A DNA stretch of 64,000 nt from Candidatus Bathyarchaeia archaeon (lineage in GTDB: Archaea; Thermoproteota; Bathyarchaeia; Bathyarchaeales; Bathycorpusculaceae). The position numbers and the translations under genes are program-made. The DNA lies in assembly GCA_049515895.1 (NCBI GenBank), contig JBEKTQ010000002.1:64001-128000 (forward strand), given 5' to 3'. The notes beneath the pieces are model-generated. The model saw only the letters and a program-made list of their open reading frames with translations, was not told the origin of the DNA and made no database searches. This document shows positions 40,956 to 49,854 of the stretch, piece by piece (position 1 is the first letter of the stretch; the number at the start of each line of letters is the position of its first letter).

Positions 40956-42449
40956 ATGGTTACGGAGAAGGTTGTAAGTAGAAAATATGCTTTGGCATTC
41001 GGGGTTTTGTGTGTGGTTCTAATGGTTATTGTCGGTGGAGTATTGCAATTGCAAATTGCTAATCTTCAAAGCCAGCTTTCTTCGGATAAATCTGCAACCA
41101 ATTCTATGAAATCAACAATAGCAAAAATGAACGCGACAATAACAAACTTGGAAGGACAACTTTCGTTAGACCCGAACAGGATCATTAACGGGTTTAGCAT
41201 AATCCAGATCACAGACACTCAATACTTGAGCGATACGCATTCAACATTATACGACGGGTTAACCAGTTGGATTGCAGAAAAAGCAAACGCGTTGAATCTC
41301 ACTATGGTTGTTCACACAGGCGATATTGTCCAAGTCCCAAATTCTACTATTGATTGGCAAAACGCCAGCAACGCAATGATGACACTTTTCAATAATGGAA
41401 TCCCTTACTGTTGGAATGCCGGAAACCATGACCAGATTGACGGTAACGGAACAGCGGGAAGCGGAAATCCCAACGGCTCATGGATCGGAGGAAATTACCC
41501 CGCATTTAGCGTTACAACCATGAGGCATAGGCCTTACTGGGTCGGAGATATCTTTGGCGGCAAAAACACAGCTGCACAATTCACTTATGGAAACTATCAT
41601 TTTATGATCATTAACATTGAGTACAACGCAAACCAAGCAGTATTGGATTGGATGCAAACTATTATCAAAGCCAACCCAAACGTAAACGTGATCGTAGCAG
41701 CACATGATTTTCTTAATGGAGTAGGAAATTATGGTACCTCAAAGTCGGCCGATAAAACCTGGGCTACCAACTTTGAAAAGTTACTGGGCAACTATCCAAA
41801 CGTGTTCATGACCCTAAACGGGCACGCAGCACAGCAGGGTATGGGTACGGCGTTCAATAAGAAAGTAGGGAACAGAGAAGAGGTTTTCTTCAACAGACAA
41901 ATGTTAGTTAACGACCAAGGCGCCGCATGCGCGAGAATCTACACTTTCGAAATAAGCAATCCAGCAAGCGCAACTGTAAACGTTTACACTTATCAGACCT
42001 TCAACACGCCTAATTACATAACTGACCCGCTAAATCAGTTCAATTTCAACACCAATCTGAAAGCCTACTGGCCTTCAACCGTCAACGTTGCAAAGGGTAC
42101 TGATTTCTTAGAGGCAAGCGGCTGCAAAGTTGACTTTGCATCGTCAGCAGCAATGAACGGCTTCAGCCAGAACGGTAACTCGCTCACGTTTAACGGTTTG
42201 AATTTGAACGGAGCCAATTCAAACTTCACGTTTACTACGCTCGGCGCTGACGTCACAATAAGCAAATATGACGTTACAAGCGGAATAAGCTATACGGTAA
42301 GTGGAATCGGGAGCCAAACTTTTTCGCTAAACAATGCTCCAGTTTCAGTTGATATAGACGGCCGACCGGCATCCAAAGGATGGACCTACTCGAAAGGAGA
42401 AGTCGCGGTCACAGGCGCTACCTCTTCAGTTGTGGTAAACTTGCATTGA
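40956..42449 (+). CDS. Membrane-anchored calcineurin-like metallophosphoesterase
   Basis: N-terminal TM plus coiled coil; TDTQ, HTGD, GNHD, AH, NGH motifs; beta-rich C-terminus. Confidence 0.85.
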   Translation: MVTEKVVSRKYALAFGVLCVVLMVIVGGVLQLQIANLQSQLSSDKSATNSMKSTIAKMNATITNLEGQLSLDPNRIINGFSIIQITDTQYLSDTHSTLYDGLTSWIAEKANALNLTMVVHTGDIVQVPNSTIDWQNASNAMMTLFNNGIPYCWNAGNHDQIDGNGTAGSGNPNGSWIGGNYPAFSVTTMRHRPYWVGDIFGGKNTAAQFTYGNYHFMIINIEYNANQAVLDWMQTIIKANPNVNVIVAAHDFLNGVGNYGTSKSADKTWATNFEKLLGNYPNVFMTLNGHAAQQGMGTAFNKKVGNREEVFFNRQMLVNDQGAACARIYTFEISNPASATVNVYTYQTFNTPNYITDPLNQFNFNTNLKAYWPSTVNVAKGTDFLEASGCKVDFASSAAMNGFSQNGNSLTFNGLNLNGANSNFTFTTLGADVTISKYDVTSGISYTVSGIGSQTFSLNNAPVSVDIDGRPASKGWTYSKGEVAVTGATSSVVVNLH

Positions 42450-42482
42450 ACCTTGTGTAAGTGTATTTTACTCTAAGAAAAG

Positions 42483-42950
42483 TCAACTTTTTTCTGCGCC
42501 GTGGCGCACTTTAACGGCTACGCCACTTTTGAAAGAAGTCATTTCCAAGCTTGAAAGCATAGCCTTGCCAACTGCTAAGACACTTCCATCTTCGTCAACG
42601 ACAATTATCTCGTCGCTGGCACGGATTTCAGAGTCTACTTTAACCACGTGTGTCGCAAAAACATCTCCGCCGCAAGCAATGTATTTTGAGATGTCATTTT
42701 TCACTGTGACAAAACAATGGGCGAAAGCAGCTTTTTCGGCAAGGCGTTTTGCGGCTTTGACGCTTAGCGATAGTAATCCGTCGGTTGGGCGAAGTGTAGC
42801 TAATCTTTCGCCGTCCAAGTTGATAAAGCGGATTCGTCCTGTTCGCGGAGAATGCTCTGTTTGTACATTTTCTGGAAACAGCATTGCACCTACATTTTTT
42901 CCAAATTGGTAGTCAGCAATGGCTCTTATTTTTACAAGCTCATTCTTCAA
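42483..42950 (-). CDS. PUA-domain protein (archaeosine TGT C-terminal-like)
   Basis: IADYQFG, TGRIR, LRPTDG, G.DVFA.HV, G.AVKVRHG. Confidence 0.88.
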   Translation of the reverse strand: MKNELVKIRAIADYQFGKNVGAMLFPENVQTEHSPRTGRIRFINLDGERLATLRPTDGLLSLSVKAAKRLAEKAAFAHCFVTVKNDISKYIACGGDVFATHVVKVDSEIRASDEIIVVDEDGSVLAVGKAMLSSLEMTSFKSGVAVKVRHGAEKS

Positions 42951-43036
42951 GTGTTCACCGTCAACATGTTTTTTCGTCTTTCGACAAGTATAAACATAAC
43001 AATATAATAAACAGTGTGAAAGGTGAAAAGTTTACA

Positions 43037-43564
43037 TTGAGATGCGAAGTCTGCGGACACAAAATCCACACAGAACCGATAACGGCAGTAATAGAAGGAG
43101 CAAGACTAACGGTTTGCGTAGAATGCGCAAAGCATGGAAAAATAATCCATCAAGAAGAAGTTGCCATTCCAAAACCAGCCCAAAAAAAACCGCAGAGACC
43201 GATAACCGTCGTTCAAAGGAAACCCGTAGTTGCCAGCGTACAAATCACCCAAGAACTCACTCAAGACTATGCGAACAAAATAAAGGTGGCCCGGGAGAAA
43301 CTAGTGCTAACACATGAAGAACTGGGCAAAAAAATAAACGAAAAAGCCTCTGTTCTACGAAACCTTGAAGCAGGTAAAATGGAGCCGAACAACCAGCTTG
43401 CTTCAAAGCTTGAGCACATGTTGAAAATCAAGTTGCTTATTCCAATTTCTGAAGAAAAAGCTGTTCAGATTCCTAAGTCCGCAAACAAAGAGTTGACTTT
43501 AGGTGACCTCATCAAGATAGACGAGAAGAACTCGGAGGCGGCCACAGAACGAAAGCCGTCATAG
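43037..43564 (+). CDS. mbf1: Archaeal multiprotein bridging factor 1 (Zn ribbon plus Cro-HTH)
   Basis: CEVCG...IEGARL.VCVECAK.G, AREK..LT.EEL..KINEK.S, LTLGD; TTG 43037 behind GGTGA. Confidence 0.93.
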   Translation: MRCEVCGHKIHTEPITAVIEGARLTVCVECAKHGKIIHQEEVAIPKPAQKKPQRPITVVQRKPVVASVQITQELTQDYANKIKVAREKLVLTHEELGKKINEKASVLRNLEAGKMEPNNQLASKLEHMLKIKLLIPISEEKAVQIPKSANKELTLGDLIKIDEKNSEAATERKPS

Positions 43565-44820
43565 TTCAGCGGCGACTGAACCGTGAAGAGTCAAGTTTAC
43601 CTGAACTTAAGAGATTAGCTCAATCCGCTGGGTACACTGTCGTCGCTGAAATGGAGCAAACACGATTACCTGATTCGCGCTATCAAATAGGCGCTGGAAA
43701 AGTAGAAGAACTCGCACAAATGGTGCAGGAAACAGGCGCGGGCAAAGTAATTTTTGACAACCAACTAAAGACCCGCCAAACATATAATTTAGCGAAAGCG
43801 ACACATGTAGAAGTTATTGACCGCTTCCAGCTTATACTTGAAATCTTCACCAAAAGAGCCACAACAACGGAAGCTCAATTGCAGATTCAACTGGCTACCT
43901 TGCGAAATGAACTCAAGCATTCAAAGGAAAAAGTCAGGTTAGCCAAAGGAAGCGAGCAGCCGGGCTTTATGGGTCTTGGAGCTTATGAAGCAGATGTTTA
44001 CAGCGACGCAATAAAACGGCAAGTTCAAACGATAGTTAAAAAACTCACTAGAATCAGGGAAAAAAGAGTTCTGCATCGAGAGAGGCGAACGGAGCTTGGC
44101 TTCTTGACTATTTCGCTAGCTGGTTACACCAAGGCTGGAAAAAGCTCCTTGTTTAATGCTTTAACCGAAGCAACCACCATGGTTGACAAAGCATTATTCA
44201 CCACTCTTTCAACGACCACGAGGATAATGGAGTTTTATAACCGCAAGTTTCTTTTAACTGATACCGTTGGCTTCATTGACCGTTTACCCTTATCTTTGAT
44301 TGAAGCGTTTCATTCTACTCTTGAAGAAACAATCTTTTCAGATCTAATAATCCTGGTTTTGGACTTAAGCGAGCCGATGGAGAAAATCGAGAAGAAGTAT
44401 AACGTTTGCCTCGAAACGATCGACCGCTTGGGTGCATCAGGAATTCCAACAATAACTGCTCTAAACAAGATCGACTTGCTAAATGAAGAAGAAAGAAAAC
44501 AAAAATTCGAAGACCTAAAAGGTAAGACCAAAAATCCAGTTCTTCTCTCCGCAAAGTGCCAAACAAACCTTGACTTACTGAAAGAAAAAATACTAAAAAC
44601 TCTTGAAAAGTATGTTCAAGCCCAGTTTTCTGTTCCGTTAAATGAAAGAACCATGCCTTTTATCTCATGGGTTCACGGGAAGACAGACGTGAGAAAAGAA
44701 AACTTCACTAATGATTCGGTTGATGTGGTCTTTGAGGCTACCCCAGAGTTAGTTGATCATGTTAGAAGAAAAGTGGAAGAATTAAATGGCAGATTCGAAA
44801 CCAGCCCAAGAATCCAGTAG
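43549..44820 (+). CDS. hflX: GTPase HflX; N-terminus lacks a canonical start codon
   Basis: IGAGKVEEL, DRF.LILEIF..RA, GYTKAGKS, LFTTL, DTVGFI, NKID; homology extends 34 codons upstream of ATG 43651 (KAVIVQ...SL.EL..LA.SAGY.VV). Confidence 0.93.
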   Translation, partial: TKAVIVQRRLNREESSLPELKRLAQSAGYTVVAEMEQTRLPDSRYQIGAGKVEELAQMVQETGAGKVIFDNQLKTRQTYNLAKATHVEVIDRFQLILEIFTKRATTTEAQLQIQLATLRNELKHSKEKVRLAKGSEQPGFMGLGAYEADVYSDAIKRQVQTIVKKLTRIREKRVLHRERRTELGFLTISLAGYTKAGKSSLFNALTEATTMVDKALFTTLSTTTRIMEFYNRKFLLTDTVGFIDRLPLSLIEAFHSTLEETIFSDLIILVLDLSEPMEKIEKKYNVCLETIDRLGASGIPTITALNKIDLLNEEERKQKFEDLKGKTKNPVLLSAKCQTNLDLLKEKILKTLEKYVQAQFSVPLNERTMPFISWVHGKTDVRKENFTNDSVDVVFEATPELVDHVRRKVEELNGRFETSPRIQ

Positions 44821-45370
44821 CACACCCCAGGTTTTCGTGTTAAGGTGGGGCCATCGTCCGCAACGAGACGTGCGGTTGACCACTCACGTTGCCTTAACTT
44901 CTAGAGCGTTGTGTGCTTCAGGCTTTATTCTTTCAGACGTGGAAGACCCAAGTATAGAAGAGACAGTTAGAAAGATAACTGACCGTTGGGGTGGAACGTT
45001 CCATTTTGAAATGGGAACTCCTTGGAAAAAAGCTATCCGCGATTGGAAGGCTAAAGGGGGCGCAATCGTTCATTTGACAGCTTACGGAGAAAACATTCAG
45101 TCAAGCGATGTCTTAAGTAGAATCAGAAGTTCAGGCAAGGACATCCTAATCGTAGTTGGCAGCCAGAAGGTTCCAAGAGACTTCTATTTCAGCGATGTAT
45201 CAGACTTCAACGTCTCTATTGGAAACCAGCCTCATTCAGAATGTGCTGCGGTCGCTGTATTCCTGGACCGTTTTTTCATGGGTGAAGAATTAACAAGGAA
45301 TTTTGAAAAAGCCAAGATGAGGATTGTTCCAAAAGCAAGGGGAAAAGAAATTAAAAGCGATGTTGAATAA
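44786..45370 (+). CDS. trm56: tRNA (cytidine56-2'-O)-methyltransferase aTrm56
   Basis: LRWGHRPQRD.R.TTHVAL..RA, WGG.F, HLT.YG, KVP, NQPHSE. Confidence 0.94.
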   Translation: MADSKPAQESSSTPQVFVLRWGHRPQRDVRLTTHVALTSRALCASGFILSDVEDPSIEETVRKITDRWGGTFHFEMGTPWKKAIRDWKAKGGAIVHLTAYGENIQSSDVLSRIRSSGKDILIVVGSQKVPRDFYFSDVSDFNVSIGNQPHSECAAVAVFLDRFFMGEELTRNFEKAKMRIVPKARGKEIKSDVE

Positions 45371-45437
45371 CTTTAAATGGGCAAGAATAGTTTTATTATA
45401 GGAAGTTCCAGTATTATGAGTAAAGGAACAATAGGCT

Positions 45438-45950
45438 ATGTTATCGACTATTGATGATGCAACCCTGATGAAGGTTGCTGTGGCATTGGGAGAGGAAGAA
45501 GCTGTCAAACTTATCGAGTACCTCAAGGGAGTAGACGAGATAACTGACGATGAAATAGCAAACAAAATAGGCATCCGCCTTAACTCTGTACGCAAAATTC
45601 TCTACAAACTCTACGATCACTCTCTTGTAAGCCTTAGAAGGACCCGTGACCCCAAGACAGGCTGGTTCATTTTCCACTGGAAACTTCAACCCGACCAGCT
45701 TGAAGGCTTTATCCTAAGTCAGAAAAGGCGCGTGCTGGAAAAACTCAACGTCAGACTGGAGTACGAAAAGAACCATGACTTCTACTATTGCGGGAGCCCC
45801 GAATGCAAACGGGTTCCTTTTGAAGAAGCGGTCGAAGTAGTTTTCCACTGCTCAGGCTGTGGCAAACCTCTCGTGCATTTTGCAAACGAACTAATGATAA
45901 CCAAACTTTCTGAGAAAGTTGATACCCTTAGGAAGGAACTGGGTGAATAA
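45438..45950 (+). CDS. tfe: Transcription factor E alpha
   Basis: TDDEIA..GI.LN.VRK.LY.L, RD..TGW...W, F.EA....F.C..CG. Confidence 0.94.
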   Translation: MLSTIDDATLMKVAVALGEEEAVKLIEYLKGVDEITDDEIANKIGIRLNSVRKILYKLYDHSLVSLRRTRDPKTGWFIFHWKLQPDQLEGFILSQKRRVLEKLNVRLEYEKNHDFYYCGSPECKRVPFEEAVEVVFHCSGCGKPLVHFANELMITKLSEKVDTLRKELGE

Positions 45951-46473
45951 GCCGCTTCCTACAAGGGAGCAAGCAATAGAACTTCTTCGAAAAAACAATT
46001 GTTCACCCCAAGTAATAGGCCACTGCCAAGCGGTTGCAGAGATATCTCTAGAAATAGCAAACCAAATAGAAAAGAAAGGCTTAAAGTTGGATCTAAAACT
46101 TATTGAGGCAGGCGCTCTTCTACATGATATTGGCCGTTCAAAAACAAATGCTGTTGACCATGGAGTAGTTGGTGCCCAAATCGCCCAGTCAGAAGGTTTA
46201 CCCGAAGAACTCATTAGAATAATTAAGACACACGTCGGCGGCGGATTCACAGCCGAAGAAGCAGCGGGGTTCGGTTGGCCACAAGACGAGTATACACCGC
46301 TTAATCTGGGGGAGAAAATTGTTTCGTACGCTGACAAACTGGTTGATAACTCCAAACGGGGACGCGTATCCATAGAGGTCGAAATTAAACGTCTTCGAGC
46401 CGCAGGACACAAGGACGCCGCAAATAGAGTAAGAAAGCTTCATGAAGAAATAACAGCAATGTTGGGTAATTGA
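45943..46473 (+). CDS. HD-domain protein (TIGR00295-like)
   Basis: HC..V, GALLHDIGR, HGVVG, THVG.G, EKIVSYAD; GTG 45943. Confidence 0.88.
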   Translation: MNKPLPTREQAIELLRKNNCSPQVIGHCQAVAEISLEIANQIEKKGLKLDLKLIEAGALLHDIGRSKTNAVDHGVVGAQIAQSEGLPEELIRIIKTHVGGGFTAEEAAGFGWPQDEYTPLNLGEKIVSYADKLVDNSKRGRVSIEVEIKRLRAAGHKDAANRVRKLHEEITAMLGN

Positions 46474-46475
46474 CC

Positions 46476-47261
46476 ATGACCATTTTGACTTTACTCGTAA
46501 AAGCGCGCAACGCTAGACAGCTCAAACAGGTAGATGACCTGCTAAACGCTGAGTTTGAAAACTTGGATTTAGACTTTAAAGTTTTAGGGGCTCCTGTCAA
46601 CAAATGGGTTCAAGTTTCTCTTTCAGGAGAAGACGAGGTCATTGCTGCAAACTACATCAACAAAGAAATAGGCACATGTCCAATAAGCATCAAAAGATTC
46701 GAAAAATCCTCAGTCCTCAAAGGATTCGTAACAAAAATTAACACGGCTAAAAATGAATTGACTGTGGATGTCGGAATTTTTGAGCCAAAAATAACGTTGG
46801 CAACCGTCCCATTAGCTTACATGCAGGCTCAACTTGCAGATGGCAAGAAAATCGATTTGAAAAGAATTGAAGAAGTTTACGGATTACATGAAAGTTTGCC
46901 GTTAAATATCAAGGTGATTAACTGTGTCGGCGAAGATGGAGAAGAGCGGCTGCAAGCTGAATTATCAACGGCGCAAATAGAAAAAATGCATTTGTGGCAG
47001 CAGTCCTTTTTGGATAGATTGATTGTTCTGGGAGCAAGTGCTGGAGAAATCGAGGAGGTACTCGAACGAACTAGGCTTAACCGGGACGTTATCGACATTG
47101 AGCGGTTGGGTCTGTTTGAGTACGCTTTAACGTGTAAGCTCGGGACTGACGCAGCCGGATTGATTCCGAAGATGGGAAGGTACATGCGGAACTCGGTTTT
47201 TGTTGTTTTTAACCCCAGGGAGGTATTTCGCCTTATCGGTGAAATGCCATTAACCTTATAA
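46476..47261 (+). CDS. DUF2110-like protein
   Basis: GEDE..A, DVIDIERLGLFE...CK.GTDA.GLI..G; usual neighbour of tfe and the HD gene. Confidence 0.8.
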   Translation: MTILTLLVKARNARQLKQVDDLLNAEFENLDLDFKVLGAPVNKWVQVSLSGEDEVIAANYINKEIGTCPISIKRFEKSSVLKGFVTKINTAKNELTVDVGIFEPKITLATVPLAYMQAQLADGKKIDLKRIEEVYGLHESLPLNIKVINCVGEDGEERLQAELSTAQIEKMHLWQQSFLDRLIVLGASAGEIEEVLERTRLNRDVIDIERLGLFEYALTCKLGTDAAGLIPKMGRYMRNSVFVVFNPREVFRLIGEMPLTL

Positions 47262-47329
47262 GTAATTTACATTATTACGTAAATTATTCATTATCCGAAT
47301 TAGGCTAATAGGAGAAGGGGGAGAAAGTA

Positions 47330-47494
47330 GTGAGCCAAGTAGACGATAGAGGCGATAGGAAAAAATATAGAATTGACATTGGCGCTTATGGCAGCATTGG
47401 CATAGAAGCACCGACTAAAGAGGAATGCCTGGAACTTTTTATGGAAGTCACGAAAACAAAGCGTGACTCCAAAATCGATGGAGCCATAAGATAA
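47330..47494 (+). CDS. Small hypothetical protein (54 aa)
   Basis: Hand translation MSQVDDRGDRKKYRIDIGAYGSIGIEAPTKEECLELFMEV...; purine-rich GGAG leader. Confidence 0.55.
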   Translation: MSQVDDRGDRKKYRIDIGAYGSIGIEAPTKEECLELFMEVTKTKRDSKIDGAIR

Positions 47495-47577
47495 ATGTAA
47501 GCAATCAAGCCAAACGCCAGCATAATCCTAAATTTCGTTTGCTAAAAAATAGAGGCTTAAGCCTACACATGCTTATT

Positions 47578-47733
47578 CTATAGTACATCGTGCTCTTCGT
47601 GACAGTGTGCTTCATAGTCCTGTTTGTTATCGAATATTTGCTGGTCTAAGGGGCACTTGAACTTTTTATGGTCGGTCATCTCAGGCTTGGGCACAGTTAT
47701 GTTTGATTTTTCTCTTGAGCGCTTTTTTGACAA
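47578..47733 (-). CDS. Small C2H2-like zinc-finger protein (51 aa)
   Basis: Hand translation MSKKRSREK...FKCPLDQQIFDNKQDYEAHCHEEHDVL; GAGGTGA SD upstream of TTG. Confidence 0.6.
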   Translation of the reverse strand: MSKKRSREKSNITVPKPEMTDHKKFKCPLDQQIFDNKQDYEAHCHEEHDVL

Positions 47734-47848
47734 AAAATCACCTCATTGCAAGCTTTACATGAAATTCAACGTAAAAACTAATAACGTTATGTGGTTGCAC
47801 GTGACCTACAACAATGCGGTGGTGATTTCTCAAAAAACCCTTAGGAGA

Positions 47849-48259
47849 TTACTGGATTCCTTTCAAGGCATCTTCAAGTTGGTCAAAATTCTTCACTACC
47901 TTATCCGAGTGGGCTATAATCCAGGGGCTGAGACAGTCGATTTCAGAGACTACGATGATTTTCTTGCCTTTGCGTTTAGCGTAGAACATCTCCATGCAGG
48001 CACCAGCCGAAAGTATCGGCAAATAAACAATCATTATGTCACATCGGTCAGCGTCATCTAGGTCCCGTTGAATAAAGTCGAATGCGGGAACTTTGTCCCA
48101 CCAGCATCTTTCATCTCCATTGTAGAGGACCTTCTCTCTATTCCACGGATCTATGACTTCAAAGCCTGATTTAGTTAGAATGTCGGTGATTTTTTGCCTG
48201 TACTCCTGCCGGTTCTCCCTGCCCAGAATTGGTCCCGCGATAAACACTTTCTTCTTCAT
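47849..48259 (-). CDS. Nucleoside 2-deoxyribosyltransferase-like protein
   Basis: VFIAGP, IDP, RDL.....D, SAG..ME..YA...GK. Confidence 0.8.
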   Translation of the reverse strand: MKKKVFIAGPILGRENRQEYRQKITDILTKSGFEVIDPWNREKVLYNGDERCWWDKVPAFDFIQRDLDDADRCDIMIVYLPILSAGACMEMFYAKRKGKKIIVVSEIDCLSPWIIAHSDKVVKNFDQLEDALKGIQ

Positions 48260-48427
48260 CCTGCAACACCGGTTGTAAGGATATTCAATTTGCGGTTTTC
48301 TTAAACTTTCCCATTGCAGGCTAAGTAGGCACAGGTAGTCTTCGGTACGAACTAAGTTCTTAAAACCCTAATCATTTAGGGACAATGAATAAATAAAAAA
48401 GAAATCATTAGTTAGTAATTGAGAAAT

Positions 48428-49681
48428 ATGAAGAAATTTTATGGTTTTGCAACTATAGTAATTTTGTGTTTCTTACTTGTTTCATCGTTTGCCTTTACGA
48501 TTAACGCTCAAGCGGCGGATTCTTGGCCAATGTTCCATGGCAACATAGCACACACGGGGTACTCAAGCGGTTCAGGACCAAGCAGCAATCAGACTCTTTG
48601 GGTTTTCAAGACAAACGGCGAAGTCTGGTCATCCCCAGCCGTTGTCAACGGCGTCGTCTACATTGCTTCATTTGACCGAAATTTGTACGCCATAGATGCA
48701 TCAAAAGGCACCGAAATATGGACTTACCCGCTTGGCAGCATAACTTTTAGTTCGCCTGCCGTCGCTAACGGTTTAGTTTACGTAGGGTCAGACGATCATA
48801 ACCTCTATGCGTTAAACGCTGTCACTGGCGCTTTGGCTTGGAAGTATACCACGGGAAACGCTGTCCAGTCTAATCCAACTGTCTCGGGCGGAATAGTTTA
48901 CTTTGGCTCAAGTGACAATAAACTCTATGCAGTAAACGCCACCAGCGGAACGTTGCTTTGGAATTTCACAACAGGCGGCAACGTTATCTCTTCAGTAGCA
49001 TTGTCCAACGGCATAGTTTACTTTGGTTCATACGACCACAAAATCTACGCTCTTGACGCCGTGACAGGAGCAGAAAACTGGAACTTCACCACGGGCAGCG
49101 TCATCCAATCGTCTCCTGTTGTGGCCAACGGCAACGTTTACGTCGGAAGCTACGATAACCAGACCTACGCGGTAAACGCTGAAACGGGAGCGTTAATGTG
49201 GAAAGTTCCAACGGGTTACGATCAGTGCGTTCAAGCCTCCCCTGGTTACGCTAACGGCGTGGTTTATACTGGTGGCTCATTTGACAACAATGTGTATGCT
49301 TTGGATGCTTCGACGGGGGTGACGAAGTGGCATTACGCGACTGGCGGCGGGATCTTTACGGCTCCTGCAGTCGTTGGCAACACCGAGTACGTTGGATCTC
49401 TAGATAACAGAACTTACGCTCTTAATGCCCAAACAGGCGCCCTAATATGGAGTTACCAGACAAGCGGCAACATCTATTCCTCCCCGGCAGTAGCAAACGG
49501 GGTAGCCTACTTCGGCTCTTACGACCACAACGTTTACGCAGTCGGCCAAAAAACAGGCAGCACAACTCCTTCAACCAGCACGGGCATAAACATACCCGTC
49601 GTCGACTACTACCTGATTTTCATAATCGTTCTAATCGTAGTAATCGCCGTTGCCATTGTGGCGCTTAGAAAACGAAGTTAG
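48428..49681 (+). CDS. Surface PQQ/BamB-like beta-propeller protein with C-terminal anchor
   Basis: Signal peptide, WPMF.G...HTG, about 8 SSPAV.NG.VY.GS.D..YAL.A.TG..W repeats, TM plus RKR. Confidence 0.88.
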   Translation: MKKFYGFATIVILCFLLVSSFAFTINAQAADSWPMFHGNIAHTGYSSGSGPSSNQTLWVFKTNGEVWSSPAVVNGVVYIASFDRNLYAIDASKGTEIWTYPLGSITFSSPAVANGLVYVGSDDHNLYALNAVTGALAWKYTTGNAVQSNPTVSGGIVYFGSSDNKLYAVNATSGTLLWNFTTGGNVISSVALSNGIVYFGSYDHKIYALDAVTGAENWNFTTGSVIQSSPVVANGNVYVGSYDNQTYAVNAETGALMWKVPTGYDQCVQASPGYANGVVYTGGSFDNNVYALDASTGVTKWHYATGGGIFTAPAVVGNTEYVGSLDNRTYALNAQTGALIWSYQTSGNIYSSPAVANGVAYFGSYDHNVYAVGQKTGSTTPSTSTGINIPVVDYYLIFIIVLIVVIAVAIVALRKRS

Positions 49682-49854
49682 ACAGAAACTAAATCACTTT
49701 TCTTTTTCTATTAGTTCAATTGTAAATAGCGGAGCCTCTCATTTTTTTGAGTGCTTGACCAATATTGCTTTTCTCTTTTAGAACTTGATTTGGGTCCAAG
49801 TTATAAATGAAAAATACGGGCGATAGAAAAGTCTGATGAAGGCCACCAAAGTAT

